From assembly GCA_021773245.1 (NCBI GenBank), contig JAJFKK010000088.1, forward strand, positions 1 to 63,660: 63,660 bases of DNA, in the 5' to 3' direction. The notes below the pieces were generated by a model. The model searched no databases. It was not told where the DNA came from and saw only the letters and a list, made by a program, of their open reading frames with translations. This document shows, piece by piece, positions 1 to 9,578 of the stretch (its first letter is position 1; each line of letters opens with the position of its first letter). Source of the DNA: Gammaproteobacteria bacterium. Its GTDB lineage: Bacteria > Pseudomonadota > Gammaproteobacteria > Eutrophobiales > Eutrophobiaceae. Position numbers and translations under genes: made by a program.

Positions 1-245
1 AACGATTAGCCGAAATTAGTAAGAAATTAAAAACGGGTTAACTCTTTTTAGTCTGCTTTCGGCTGCCAATAGCTAAACTCTCAATACGCAGGATTCGGCC
101 AGAAGTGGACAGTTTATAAAATTCAAATTTACTTCTGCTTAATACTGAGAGCGGACACTCATAAGCGGCATAGTTGGTAAGACTATACAATGTTATTTTG
201 TTTCTCTAGTTTTAAATAGAATCCACCCATAATTATTTGTGAATT

Positions 246-1562
246 CTAATATTTAATACAGTCACGTCCTGCCTCTTTGGCTTTATACAATTGTTCATCT
301 GCCCTCTTAACCAACTGATCTATCGATTCACCGTTTTTCCACTGAGCTATTCCAGCACTTACTGTTATCGAGAAGCCCGTGCAAGGCGATGGCGACAGTT
401 TGAGCATACTGTTTATCCGTTCCATGAGATTAAAAGCTCCACTCAATGTTTCATGGGGAGTGCAGATAACAAATTCTTCACCGCCAAAACGAAACGCAAT
501 ATCTGTGTCCCTTGTAACATCACGCATTATATCGGCAATCTGACGTAAAACATCATCACCACAATCATGACCATAGTTGTCATTAACATTTTTAAAATGA
601 TCAGCATCAAAAATAATCAATGATAACGAATGTTTATAACGATTAGCCAGAGCAATCGCTTGATTACATAATTCATGTCCACGACGACGATTATGCAATA
701 ATGTTAAACTATCCTGATTAGCCAATTTCTTTAATTCTTCTTGGGTTTCTTCAAGTTTTCTTTTACTTAATAACTCCTCGGTCACAATTCGGGAAATACC
801 AAAAAGTCCGATTATCTTTCCGTGTTCGTCTTTTATTGGATATTTACGAGAGTCTACAAAACCCTTGTTCCTATTTTCATCGTAATAAGGTTCAATTTGT
901 TTAATGCTATCTTTTTCTCCTTCAAGAATTTGGCTTTCCAAACGGTAATAAATATCCGCATGCTCTTTTGGAAAAATATCATAATCAGTTAGACCGATAT
1001 GCTCATCGCCTGATGAGTATCCGGTAATATTTGCCATGGTTTGGCTGCTGGCAGTGAAGGCATGATGCAAATTTTTAAAATATATAAAATCATACGAGTA
1101 ATACAGCATCGACGAAAAATTATGTATAGCCGTCCGTTCTATTACGTTTTGCGTCATCAGGCTCTTCGTATCATGTACTGTTGTTTTAAAGACGATTATT
1201 TTATCAGTGCTGCTAAAATGGATTTTTTCCAGTTCTGTCGGCACAATAACCACTGAGGCATCTTCTTTTACAAGCCTGAAATTCAGAGGTATTTGTTCTG
1301 CTTTTTGTTCCGATAAAAAAGGGTACGAACACAAATCACTGTCTTCAAGGTGAATAAATTCCGTCCACTCGAAATGTTTCTTTGTCCCCCTTCTTTTATC
1401 ATCAAGACCTATCAACCCAAAGAAACTATCCTCTTCAACAAAAATTACGGCAAGCCCAACATTATCATTTGAATACAATGCCAAACTGCCAACCATCGAT
1501 ACATCGTCTTCGAAAGAATCTAGAATATAAGTTATATCCTCAATTTTCCTTTTTGTTGTCAT
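246..1562 (-). CDS. Diguanylate cyclase (uncharacterised N-terminal domain + PAS-like region + GGDEF)
   Basis: 438-aa ORF. The C-terminal GGDEF domain has an intact active site (RFGGEEF). An RxxD I-site (RDTD) lies five residues upstream of it. A DHFKNVNDNYGHDCGD segment and a coiled-coil linker (KRKLEETQEELKKL) are present. Confidence 0.9.
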   Translation of the reverse strand: MTTKRKIEDITYILDSFEDDVSMVGSLALYSNDNVGLAVIFVEEDSFFGLIGLDDKRRGTKKHFEWTEFIHLEDSDLCSYPFLSEQKAEQIPLNFRLVKEDASVVIVPTELEKIHFSSTDKIIVFKTTVHDTKSLMTQNVIERTAIHNFSSMLYYSYDFIYFKNLHHAFTASSQTMANITGYSSGDEHIGLTDYDIFPKEHADIYYRLESQILEGEKDSIKQIEPYYDENRNKGFVDSRKYPIKDEHGKIIGLFGISRIVTEELLSKRKLEETQEELKKLANQDSLTLLHNRRRGHELCNQAIALANRYKHSLSLIIFDADHFKNVNDNYGHDCGDDVLRQIADIMRDVTRDTDIAFRFGGEEFVICTPHETLSGAFNLMERINSMLKLSPSPCTGFSITVSAGIAQWKNGESIDQLVKRADEQLYKAKEAGRDCIKY

Positions 1563-1790
1563 ATTTTTTCAGTTTATATAGCTCTTATGTCTGCTTAGGG
1601 TCGGTTGTTGAATATTTCTATATTAACGAAATTTTGAAAGCAGACATAACTATTCAACAAATTATCTTTTTAGATGATTAATCTTTATTCTAAATATACC
1701 CAATATAGATAGGTTAGAAATATGCCCTCTGTGGCTAATAAATAAACCACAGATGACAACTTTAGATCGTTAGCTGATATAAACGGATCA

Positions 1791-2504
1791 TCAATTAATC
1801 AACTCTTTAACAAATGGAATTGTTATTTTTCGTTTTTCCACAAGCGATGCGTGATCGATTTTATCAAGTATTGTTATTAATGACCCTAGATTGCGATCAA
1901 CTCGACGAAGAAGATACTCTATAACTTCATCGCTAAGTTCGAACGATCGTGCATTTGCTTTTTGTCTTAGTATTTCTTTTTTTAGTTCATCATCCGGTGA
2001 CTTAATTTGGTTAACTTGATCCCAAGCTAATCTAGATTTGAGATCTTCGATATCAACTTCGATGGTTGTCGCTGATTTATTTCCACTCATGATCATGGAA
2101 TGATTGTTATCGCGGAGTTCGTTATATAACCAGGTTAACCCTTGCTGCCATTCAATATGTCCTGCAACGCAATCTAGATCATCAACACAAACTAAATCCA
2201 GTTCACCTAAGTCATGTAACATTTCTGCACTTAATTCAGTCAATTCTTTTAAAGGAATATAGGCAACATGCAGATCGTTATCTGCGGCTTGTTTGCAAGC
2301 TGCTTGTAAAAGATGTGTTTTACCGTTTCCTGTTTCGCCCCAAAGATAAAGGCGATGTGCTGCTTCTTTAGTCGTTATTAGATTAATCAATTTCAGTAGT
2401 TCTTGATTTTCTCCCGGCAAGAATGAAGCAAGGTCATTTTTTTGAAAATCACCAAACTGAAAAGGGATTTGCGGTGAAGCATTTGGAGAAGAATCACTTG
2501 GCAT
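1791..2504 (-). CDS. hda: DnaA regulatory inactivator Hda
   Basis: 237 aa, short DnaA-like AAA+ protein. Walker A is GETGNGKTHLL. The N-terminus has a clamp-binding-like QIPFQF followed by FLPGEN, comparable to the E. coli Hda N-terminus. It overlaps the downstream permease gene by 1 nt. Confidence 0.85.
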   Translation of the reverse strand: MPSDSSPNASPQIPFQFGDFQKNDLASFLPGENQELLKLINLITTKEAAHRLYLWGETGNGKTHLLQAACKQAADNDLHVAYIPLKELTELSAEMLHDLGELDLVCVDDLDCVAGHIEWQQGLTWLYNELRDNNHSMIMSGNKSATTIEVDIEDLKSRLAWDQVNQIKSPDDELKKEILRQKANARSFELSDEVIEYLLRRVDRNLGSLITILDKIDHASLVEKRKITIPFVKELIN

Positions 2505-3568
2505 CAGGGAGTGTAAAAATTACTATCTAAATACTGTTCATAAAAGTATCTGAGCAAGACAACAATAACCGCTGCTGCTGGCAAAGCTATCAACATGCCA
2601 AACAAACCAAATAATTGTGCGCCGGCCATGACCGCGAAAATGACAGCGACGGGATGTAACCCAATTCTATCGCCGATCAGTAATGGTGATAGCACGACGC
2701 CTTCTAATGTCTGCCCTGCACCAAAAACAATTAAGACATAGACAATATGTATCACATCATGGAATTGCATAAATGCAGCGATACTCGCCACAACGATCCC
2801 AACGATTGCGCCAAGGTAAGGTACAAAGCTGACTAGACCTGCCGCCATACCTATTAACAATGAAAACTCCAATCCGATTATCGATAAGCCAATACTGTAG
2901 ATAACGCCTTGTGCAAACATCACTAATAACTGTCCTCTAAAAAATTCTGACAGTACAGCGTCACACTCTCTTACTAATTTGACCGATACAAATTCATATC
3001 TTCTTGGGATTAGCTTTCTTAATTTTGCAACGATAATGTCCCAATCTCTTAATAGATAAAAAGTCACAACCGGCACTAACAATAGATAACTCACCCAAAG
3101 TAATATCAATTGTCCTGAAGCAGATACTTTCGTTAAAAACTTTGCAGCAACATTACCTAAGGTTTGCCAATGCCCTGTTAATGATTGTTTGATGCCATCC
3201 AGATTAATAGTATCTGCTTGCAAACCAAAACGTTGTGTCACCCAAGGAATAAACTCTGATTGAACCCAATCAATCATTTGTGGCAGTCGTATGATCAATC
3301 GTCTTATTTGTTCTTCAATTAATGGGAATACTACGAATAAAAAACTTAAACCTATTATTAACATCAATAAGAAAACAAAGACGACAGCCGTTGTTCTAGA
3401 AAATTTAATAGTTTCCAAACGGTCTACTGCTGGGTCACCAATGTAGGCAAGAAAGGCGCTAATCAAAAATGGCGTTAATATCGGCGCGAGCAGATAAAGT
3501 AAATAACCCGAAGCGATGACTAATACCAAAATCAACCATTTCTGGGCGTCTGTAATTTTCACACTCAT
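2504..3568 (-). CDS. AI-2E family transporter (PerM/YdiK-like, UPF0118)
   Basis: 354-aa polytopic membrane protein with about 8 hydrophobic helices. The C-terminal segment FGMLIALPAAAVIVVLLRYF is typical of UPF0118 permeases. The hda-perM-purM neighbourhood is conserved. Confidence 0.75.
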   Translation of the reverse strand: MSVKITDAQKWLILVLVIASGYLLYLLAPILTPFLISAFLAYIGDPAVDRLETIKFSRTTAVVFVFLLMLIIGLSFLFVVFPLIEEQIRRLIIRLPQMIDWVQSEFIPWVTQRFGLQADTINLDGIKQSLTGHWQTLGNVAAKFLTKVSASGQLILLWVSYLLLVPVVTFYLLRDWDIIVAKLRKLIPRRYEFVSVKLVRECDAVLSEFFRGQLLVMFAQGVIYSIGLSIIGLEFSLLIGMAAGLVSFVPYLGAIVGIVVASIAAFMQFHDVIHIVYVLIVFGAGQTLEGVVLSPLLIGDRIGLHPVAVIFAVMAGAQLFGLFGMLIALPAAAVIVVLLRYFYEQYLDSNFYTP

Positions 3569-4629
3569 CTTTCAATTAATCGGTAATTTAACTGTTCGCT
3601 ATTGCTGACAAGTTCAAGTGTTTTTCCTAACGCAATCGTTTGATTAATTGATGCTATTCCACCATGGCTAATTATCTCGAACGTCACTTCATCTGCTGAT
3701 ACTTGCTTAACTTGTACATCACTAATGGCTTGTAATGATTCCAGATAAGATAGGGTTTTAGCATATCCGTCCAAATTATTGATATCTGAAACGATCAATT
3801 CAATTACTTCTTTGTTTGTTGGTCCTGAATTAACATATTGAGCAGCAAGCCTATCGACAAGCTCATCAATCCCTTCTTCTAATACAATTGCCGCCAAATC
3901 AGCTTGGGTTGTCCAACTCATTTCCTGATTATCAATATATGCTGTCCATTGCGACTCCCACAAGGTTGGCAATGTTTGGCTTAATCTCCCTGTAATAACA
4001 ACATCGGATTGATAGCGACTAGAGGCATTTAGCACCGGTTCTTTGAATCCTGCCCAAACATCACTTACGCTCATACTTGACGTATCTTCAAGGTCAAGCA
4101 GAGGGAAGAGTAATGAAACACCCCTTGCTGCAGCGTATTTATCCAAAACACCAATATATGCCGGACTTTCTTCAAAACTGACTAAACTGCGAGTATCTCC
4201 ATTTTCATATGCCATCCAAACCAATATTGAAGGCCGTTCTTTTCCCCAGATATTTAATCCATAGCTTCTGAGTGCTTCATTCACTGCTGTTTCATCAAAT
4301 TGAACCCATAATTCCGTTCTTTGAATTTGGGAACCTTCTGGATTATCAGCTTTTTGATAGCGAAATTGTTGAACAAAGCGCTCTGGACGTTCTATTAATG
4401 AGCTAACCCCACTACTCTTGCTGATATTTCTATCTCCAGTCAGTTTTACCAAGACCTTGATAAGAGCCTGTTTTATAGCCGGCTTACGTTTTGCTGTCGA
4501 TTCATCTGTAACCACTGCGGTTCCTTGATAAAGGCCTGATACCTTAATTGCATACGCCGGCTGGGCAACAAATATAAATAAACAAATGATTATTGAGATT
4601 CTAAATTTCATAGTACGCAAGCTATTCAA
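3565..4629 (-). CDS. Exported protein, DUF2066-like by position
   Basis: 354 aa with an N-terminal signal peptide (IFVAQPAYA|IK). It overlaps perM by 4 nt and is divergent from purM, which is where DUF2066 proteins sit in many gammaproteobacteria. The family call rests on synteny memory, not on a motif. Confidence 0.6.
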   Translation of the reverse strand: MNSLRTMKFRISIIICLFIFVAQPAYAIKVSGLYQGTAVVTDESTAKRKPAIKQALIKVLVKLTGDRNISKSSGVSSLIERPERFVQQFRYQKADNPEGSQIQRTELWVQFDETAVNEALRSYGLNIWGKERPSILVWMAYENGDTRSLVSFEESPAYIGVLDKYAAARGVSLLFPLLDLEDTSSMSVSDVWAGFKEPVLNASSRYQSDVVITGRLSQTLPTLWESQWTAYIDNQEMSWTTQADLAAIVLEEGIDELVDRLAAQYVNSGPTNKEVIELIVSDINNLDGYAKTLSYLESLQAISDVQVKQVSADEVTFEIISHGGIASINQTIALGKTLELVSNSEQLNYRLIER

Positions 4630-4724
4630 GACTCGTCTTTAAGTCAAGGATTGCGGTTCGGTGGCGACATCGATAACATACGTTAATCCTAGAAACCGCA
4701 GTTGACCGACCTAAAATCAAAACA

Positions 4725-5768
4725 ATGAATACCCCTACAGATAAAAAATTCAGTTATAAAGACGCTGGCGTCGATATTGAGCAAGGCAATGAACTTGTTA
4801 AGCGACTAAAGAAAAGTGTTGCTAACACACACAGAGACGGCGTTATGGGCGGGCTTGGCGGCTTTGGCGCCTTATTTGATCTCGGCTCATTAAATTATAA
4901 ACATCCTGTACTGGTTTCTGGAACAGATGGTGTTGGCACCAAAATTAAGCTCGCTATTGAAAATAATATGCACGACTCCATCGGTATCGATTTAGTTGGA
5001 ATGTGTGTTAATGATTTGATCGTACAAGGGGCAGATCCTTTATTCTTCCTGGATTATTTTGCCTGTTCTAGCCTTGATGTTGATGTCGCAGAAAATGTCA
5101 TCAATGGTATTGCTAAAGGTTGTTCGTTAGCGGGCTGTAGCCTTATTGGTGGTGAAACTGCTGAAATGCCTGGCATGTATCAGTCTGGTGATTATGATTT
5201 AGCTGGGTTCTGTGTTGGTGTTGTTGAAAAAGACGACGTCATTACTGGGCAAAATGTATCTGAAGGCGATGTGCTAATCGCGCTTGCTTCCAGCGGTTGT
5301 CATTCCAACGGCTATTCTCTTGTCAGAAAGATAATCGATGATACGAATCAAGATTTATCTAAGAAGCTCGATGACAAAACGTTACTGGAACTCTTAATTG
5401 AACCGACTCGAATTTATGTAAAACAGATTCTTGGTTTAATCAACGAAGTGCCGATAAAAGCTATTGCACACATTACAGGTGGTGGCTTAACTGAAAATAT
5501 ACCTCGTGTGATTCCAGATAATTTATCTATAGAAATTGATACAAAAAGTTGGGAGTTACCTCCTATCTTTAACTGGCTTCAAGAAAAAGGGAATATTGAA
5601 CAGCAAGAAATGTTTAAGACATTTAATTGTGGTGTCGGGATGGTTGTTTGTGTTTCTCAAGAAGATAAAAGTAACGCTATTAGCCAGCTTAGTAATTCTG
5701 GTGAAACAGCATGGGAAATAGGAAAAATAATTTCTGCTGGTGAATCTGAAGATAGAGTGAAGTTTTAA
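4725..5768 (+). CDS. purM: Phosphoribosylformylglycinamidine cyclo-ligase (AIR synthetase)
   Basis: 347 aa. Motifs [19 protein letters not shown] and GGETAEMPG are present. Full-length collinear resemblance to PurM. Confidence 0.95.
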   Translation: MNTPTDKKFSYKDAGVDIEQGNELVKRLKKSVANTHRDGVMGGLGGFGALFDLGSLNYKHPVLVSGTDGVGTKIKLAIENNMHDSIGIDLVGMCVNDLIVQGADPLFFLDYFACSSLDVDVAENVINGIAKGCSLAGCSLIGGETAEMPGMYQSGDYDLAGFCVGVVEKDDVITGQNVSEGDVLIALASSGCHSNGYSLVRKIIDDTNQDLSKKLDDKTLLELLIEPTRIYVKQILGLINEVPIKAIAHITGGGLTENIPRVIPDNLSIEIDTKSWELPPIFNWLQEKGNIEQQEMFKTFNCGVGMVVCVSQEDKSNAISQLSNSGETAWEIGKIISAGESEDRVKF

Positions 5769-6743
5769 TTACTCATCTAATCCTGACAAATAGTCAGATG
5801 GTTTTATATCCTTTATTAAGTAAAGCGGCCTATTTTTTGTTTCGTTAAAAACTCGCCCTAAGTATTCTCCAATAATACCTAGTGCTAGTAATTGAATTCC
5901 ACCTATAAATGTTATCAGTACAACTATAGAAGGATAACCTGCAACAGGATCACCAAACATTATTTTCTTTATAATAATAATCACAGCAAAAGCAAGTCCC
6001 AGAAATGCAGTAACAAAACCAAGTAGTGAAGCAAGTCTCAACGGCAAGACAGAGAATGAGGTCAAGCCTTCAAACGCTAGGTCTACTAAGCCTAAAAAAT
6101 TCCATTTTGTCTCACCAGCATAACGTTGATCACGTTCATATGTGATTTCAGTTTGCGAATAACCTACCCAAGCAAACAGACCTTTCATATATCGATGTTT
6201 TTCTCGTAATTCCAATAGTGCGTCTAATGCATTTCGGCTTAACAACCTAAAATCCCCGGTATCCTTTGGAATTTTGATATCGCTCATTTGATATAGAAAC
6301 CGATAATAAATATATGATGTGATTTTTTTAAATGCACTTTCTCCGTTTCTTTTTGTCCTTTTAGCATTGACAACATCAAATCCTTGATTCCATTTTTCAA
6401 CTAGCTGTGAAATCAATTCGGGCGGATCCTGTAAGTCTGTATCGATAACAACAACAGCATCTCCCGACGCGTGATCCAGTCCGGCGGTAAGAGCAATTTC
6501 TTTACCAAAATTTCTACTTAGATCGATAATAGTAATTCGAGAGTCTTTCTCATGCTGCTTACTCATAATTTCCAAAGTGCTATCCTGACTACCATCATTT
6601 ACATAGATAATTTCAAGGTTAATGTCTATATCTTTAACAGCACCAATTAATCTTGAATAAAATTTATCTAGTCCTGCTTCCTCATTATAAGCAGGAGCAA
6701 CAATCGATAATAAATCTTTAGCATCTGATTCTTTGCTTTCCAT
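5769..6743 (-). CDS. Family-2 glycosyltransferase, polyprenyl-phosphate sugar transferase type (DPM1/GtrB/ArnC-like)
   Basis: 324 aa. N-terminal APAYNEE, NDGSQD and the VVIDTDLQDPPE motif are present. There are two C-terminal TM helices (LASLLGFVTAFLGLAFAVIIII and IVVLITFIGGIQLLALGIIG). Confidence 0.85.
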   Translation of the reverse strand: MESKESDAKDLLSIVAPAYNEEAGLDKFYSRLIGAVKDIDINLEIIYVNDGSQDSTLEIMSKQHEKDSRITIIDLSRNFGKEIALTAGLDHASGDAVVVIDTDLQDPPELISQLVEKWNQGFDVVNAKRTKRNGESAFKKITSYIYYRFLYQMSDIKIPKDTGDFRLLSRNALDALLELREKHRYMKGLFAWVGYSQTEITYERDQRYAGETKWNFLGLVDLAFEGLTSFSVLPLRLASLLGFVTAFLGLAFAVIIIIKKIMFGDPVAGYPSIVVLITFIGGIQLLALGIIGEYLGRVFNETKNRPLYLIKDIKPSDYLSGLDE

Positions 6744-6745
6744 TT

Positions 6746-7477
6746 TTAATTTTTTTCCGCTATAACTATTATCGAAAGTCCAAAAGGAAATGCAATTTTG
6801 TTAATTATTTTAGATTCAAAACTGAATATTTTTTCAAACATTGCATTAATAAATTTAGGTGGCATTTTTAAATCACTATCTTGTTCTGTTGGAAACATTT
6901 TCTGTTTTATTCTATCTATAAGCGCTAATGGAAATAAAAACGTATTAAAATAAGAAATATATTTTACATCCCATCCATTATTTTCTATCAGTTCTTTTAA
7001 GCGATTGGCCGTATATCTTCTTTTATGATGATGCTGTTCATCGCGAATGGTCCATAAAAATTGATATGCCGGCACCGTCAGGACGAGATTTCCATTTTCT
7101 TTTACGCAACCACTCAATGCTTTCAAGCTTCCAGCATCGTCATCAATATGCTCCAATACATCTAATAATACTATTAAGTCGTTATCTTTTCTTACATCAA
7201 CATGAATATTATTTGGTAAATCTCCTTTTAATACTTCACCTATACCTCTGGTTTGTGCCTTTGCAAAAGCATTAGCATCTCTTTCCATCGCTACTACAGC
7301 ACCATATTTCGATAAAAAAGCCAGATTGTCTCCGTTGCCACAACCGGCATCCATAATAAGAGAATCTTTGCCAAGTTCTAGTTTCTGGATAACAGCTTCA
7401 ATTAGTTTTCGTCTTGCAACAAACCACCAGTGTTGCGTTTCGACTTTATACATCTCATCAAATATTTCATTCTCCAT
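6746..7477 (-). CDS. Class I SAM-dependent methyltransferase
   Basis: 243 aa. SAM motif I is MDAGCGNGDN, with an acidic loop and LLDVLEHIDD. It lies 2 nt upstream of the GT2 gene, so the two are probably co-transcribed. Confidence 0.85.
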   Translation of the reverse strand: MENEIFDEMYKVETQHWWFVARRKLIEAVIQKLELGKDSLIMDAGCGNGDNLAFLSKYGAVVAMERDANAFAKAQTRGIGEVLKGDLPNNIHVDVRKDNDLIVLLDVLEHIDDDAGSLKALSGCVKENGNLVLTVPAYQFLWTIRDEQHHHKRRYTANRLKELIENNGWDVKYISYFNTFLFPLALIDRIKQKMFPTEQDSDLKMPPKFINAMFEKIFSFESKIINKIAFPFGLSIIVIAEKN

Positions 7478-7517
7478 AACAAAAACTCAATATTATTTTT
7501 AATTTTTTATCCTTCAC

Positions 7518-8267
7518 TTATTTAATTTTTTCCTGAACCTTGGACAGGATCCCGCGCAATATATTACATTCATTTTCTTCTAGTTGTGTTCGATTAAATA
7601 AGCGTCGCATCCTATGCATTAATAAACGTGGGTTATCCGCGTCATGAAACTCGATATCGATCAAACATTTTTCTAAATGTTGATAAAACATTTCCATTTT
7701 ATCCTGTTTTACTAAAGCAGCAGTACTTTCAACTGGGCCTTTTTCTGAATCATTACCTGTTAATAAGTAGATCTCATAGCAAATTATTTGAACTGCAGCA
7801 GCTAAATTAAGTGAACTATATTTATCATTCGTTGGTATTTGCAAAACAAGGTTACAAAGTTCCATCTCTTCGTTACTCAAACCTGAGTTCTCTCGTCCAA
7901 AAACGATGGCTACTGATGAATATTGATCTTCAGAAATAGTCTTTGCACATTCACGAGGCGAAACCATCGGCCAGGGAATACTTCTAGTACGGGCACTGGT
8001 ACCAATTACCAAGTCACAATCAGAAATGGCTTCTTTTAAACTGGGAAATACTTTTGCATCAGCCAATATATCATCGGCACCTGTGGCTCTTGCTGTTGCC
8101 TCTGCAGAAGGAAATGTTTTGGGCGTAACTAGATACAACTTATCTTGAGACATTGTTTTCATAGCACGCGCAGCTGCACCGATATTGCCGGGATGCGTTG
8201 TTCCGACCAGCACGATTCTCGTTTTATTAATATTTTTTATCATTGCTTCACTCATTACCACTGACAA
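7518..8267 (-). CDS. trmJ: tRNA (cytidine/uridine-2'-O)-methyltransferase TrmJ
   Basis: 249 aa, SpoU/TrmH fold. Motifs LVGTTHPGNIGAAARAMKTM, VFGRENSGLSNEE and LNLAAAVQIICYE are present. It is divergent from suhB, as in enterobacteria. A later in-frame Met start is possible. Confidence 0.9.
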   Translation of the reverse strand: MSVVMSEAMIKNINKTRIVLVGTTHPGNIGAAARAMKTMSQDKLYLVTPKTFPSAEATARATGADDILADAKVFPSLKEAISDCDLVIGTSARTRSIPWPMVSPRECAKTISEDQYSSVAIVFGRENSGLSNEEMELCNLVLQIPTNDKYSSLNLAAAVQIICYEIYLLTGNDSEKGPVESTAALVKQDKMEMFYQHLEKCLIDIEFHDADNPRLLMHRMRRLFNRTQLEENECNILRGILSKVQEKIK

Positions 8268-8301
8268 CGTAGAATACCGCGTTAACTAACTGGAGAACAC
8301 T

Positions 8302-9072
8302 ATGCACCCCATGCTCAATATCGCCATCCGCGCAGCTAGATCTGCTGGCGATACCATTGTACGTGAAATGGATCGCGTCAGTGATATTTCGATTGATATA
8401 AAAGGAAAAAATGACTTTGTCACCGAAGTCGATAGACAAGCAGAACATATCATAATCGAAACGATTAAAAAGGCTTATCCTGATCATGCTTTTTTAGCCG
8501 AAGAGTCCGGTAAATCAGGTGATAGCGAATACATCTGGATTATTGATCCACTTGATGGAACAACTAACTTTTTACATGGCATTCCGCATTTTGCCGTATC
8601 TATCGCACTTCAATATAAAGGTCGTCTCGATCAAGCTGTCATTTATGATCCTGTAAAACAGGAATTATTCACAGCATCACAAGGTAAAGGTGCACAACTA
8701 AATAATAAAAAAATCCGTGTTAGTCCCCAGAAAACGCTTGATGGCGCATTACTCGCTACTGGTTTTCCATTTGGAGATAACCCAAAGGTTGATGAATTCA
8801 TAAATAGTTTTAAATCACTATACTCAAGCATCGCAGGAATCAGAAGAGCAGGCGTTGCATCGCTTGATTTAGCTTATGTTGCATGTGGTCGATTTGATGG
8901 CTTTTGGGAATATAGTCTAAAACCATGGGATATCGCTGCTGGCGTATTAATTATCCAGGAAGCGGGGGGTATCAGTAGCGAAATATCAGGTGGTGTTGAT
9001 TTTATGGAAAGCGGAAATATCGTTTCTGCAAACCCGAAATTGATTAAAGCTATATTACAAAAAATCTCATGA
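8302..9072 (+). CDS. suhB: Inositol monophosphatase family protein SuhB
   Basis: 256 aa. IMPase motifs WIIDPLDGTTNF and KPWDIAAG are present. Confidence 0.92.
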   Translation: MHPMLNIAIRAARSAGDTIVREMDRVSDISIDIKGKNDFVTEVDRQAEHIIIETIKKAYPDHAFLAEESGKSGDSEYIWIIDPLDGTTNFLHGIPHFAVSIALQYKGRLDQAVIYDPVKQELFTASQGKGAQLNNKKIRVSPQKTLDGALLATGFPFGDNPKVDEFINSFKSLYSSIAGIRRAGVASLDLAYVACGRFDGFWEYSLKPWDIAAGVLIIQEAGGISSEISGGVDFMESGNIVSANPKLIKAILQKIS

Positions 9073-9110
9073 ACATTATGAATTAAATGTCTGCTTAATT
9101 TTTCTATACA

Positions 9111-9578
9111 CTAATTAATAATTAAATTATGTTTATCCAATAAAGCATGGTTAATTTCTGGAATAGTTTTTAACTTATTCAGATAATCATTTTTTTCTAC
9201 AATATGACCTTCTTCCGGAAAAACATCATCTATGATAAACGCTAGTTGTTCATAAGTGTCTTCGCGATTAGGATTATCTGCCAAAATTCGCGCATATAAG
9301 TCAACTCTGATTTTTTTTTCAGGTATTGTTTTAACAAAAGGTAACCAAGCTTCATCCAACTTTTCAGCATCTATAATTTTAGCCAGCACTTCAGCATGTA
9401 ACTCTTTTGCTTCGTCATATTGGACGTACAAAATCATTCTCTTATAAATTCGCGCGAACTTTCGGTATTGGTCGACATCTGAATCTTGGTATAACCAATA
9501 TGCAAAACTCGAACAAAGCAAAATAGACACGACTAAAAAAACATGACCAAAATTAAATCTCTCTCGACTAAACATCAT
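9111..9578 (-). CDS. Small membrane-anchored helical protein (last gene of the CotH operon)
   Basis: 155 aa. The N-terminus is basic (MMFSRERFNFGH), followed by one TM helix (VFLVVSILLCSSFAYWLY) and then an acidic, helical C-terminal domain. Its start overlaps the CotH stop by 4 nt (ATGA-type coupling). Confidence 0.7.
   Translation of the reverse strand: MMFSRERFNFGHVFLVVSILLCSSFAYWLYQDSDVDQYRKFARIYKRMILYVQYDEAKELHAEVLAKIIDAEKLDEAWLPFVKTIPEKKIRVDLYARILADNPNREDTYEQLAFIIDDVFPEEGHIVEKNDYLNKLKTIPEINHALLDKHNLIIN

Noticed and set aside
3-41. Open frame running in from the left edge and ending at TAA 39-41 (…RLAEISKKLKTG*)
   Set aside because: Only 12 codons are visible. This is too short to call a gene or a family.
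291-548. Numerous 60-130-aa ORFs antisense to or out of frame with large conserved genes (examples: 291-548, 1041-1256, 1382-1681, 10133-10836, 16808-17188, 19534-19851, 20188-20436, 27751-28074, 43295-43693, 55830-56135)
   Set aside because: Each lies entirely within a longer ORF that has clear family motifs. Their products are low-complexity or compositionally odd, and they have no RBS. They are typical shadow ORFs.
4641-4724. Repeated AGGATT/TGCGGTT and AATCCT/AACCGCA blocks in the purM divergent promoter region, considered as a PurR box or hairpin
   Set aside because: The blocks are arranged A-B...A'-B' rather than A-B...B'-A', so they do not form a simple hairpin. They also do not resemble the ACGCAAACGTTTGCGT PurR operator.
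8248-8487. 79-aa minus-strand ORF bridging the trmJ/suhB divergent region
   Set aside because: It overlaps the well-supported suhB 5' end on the opposite strand and the trmJ start. It has no recognisable motifs.
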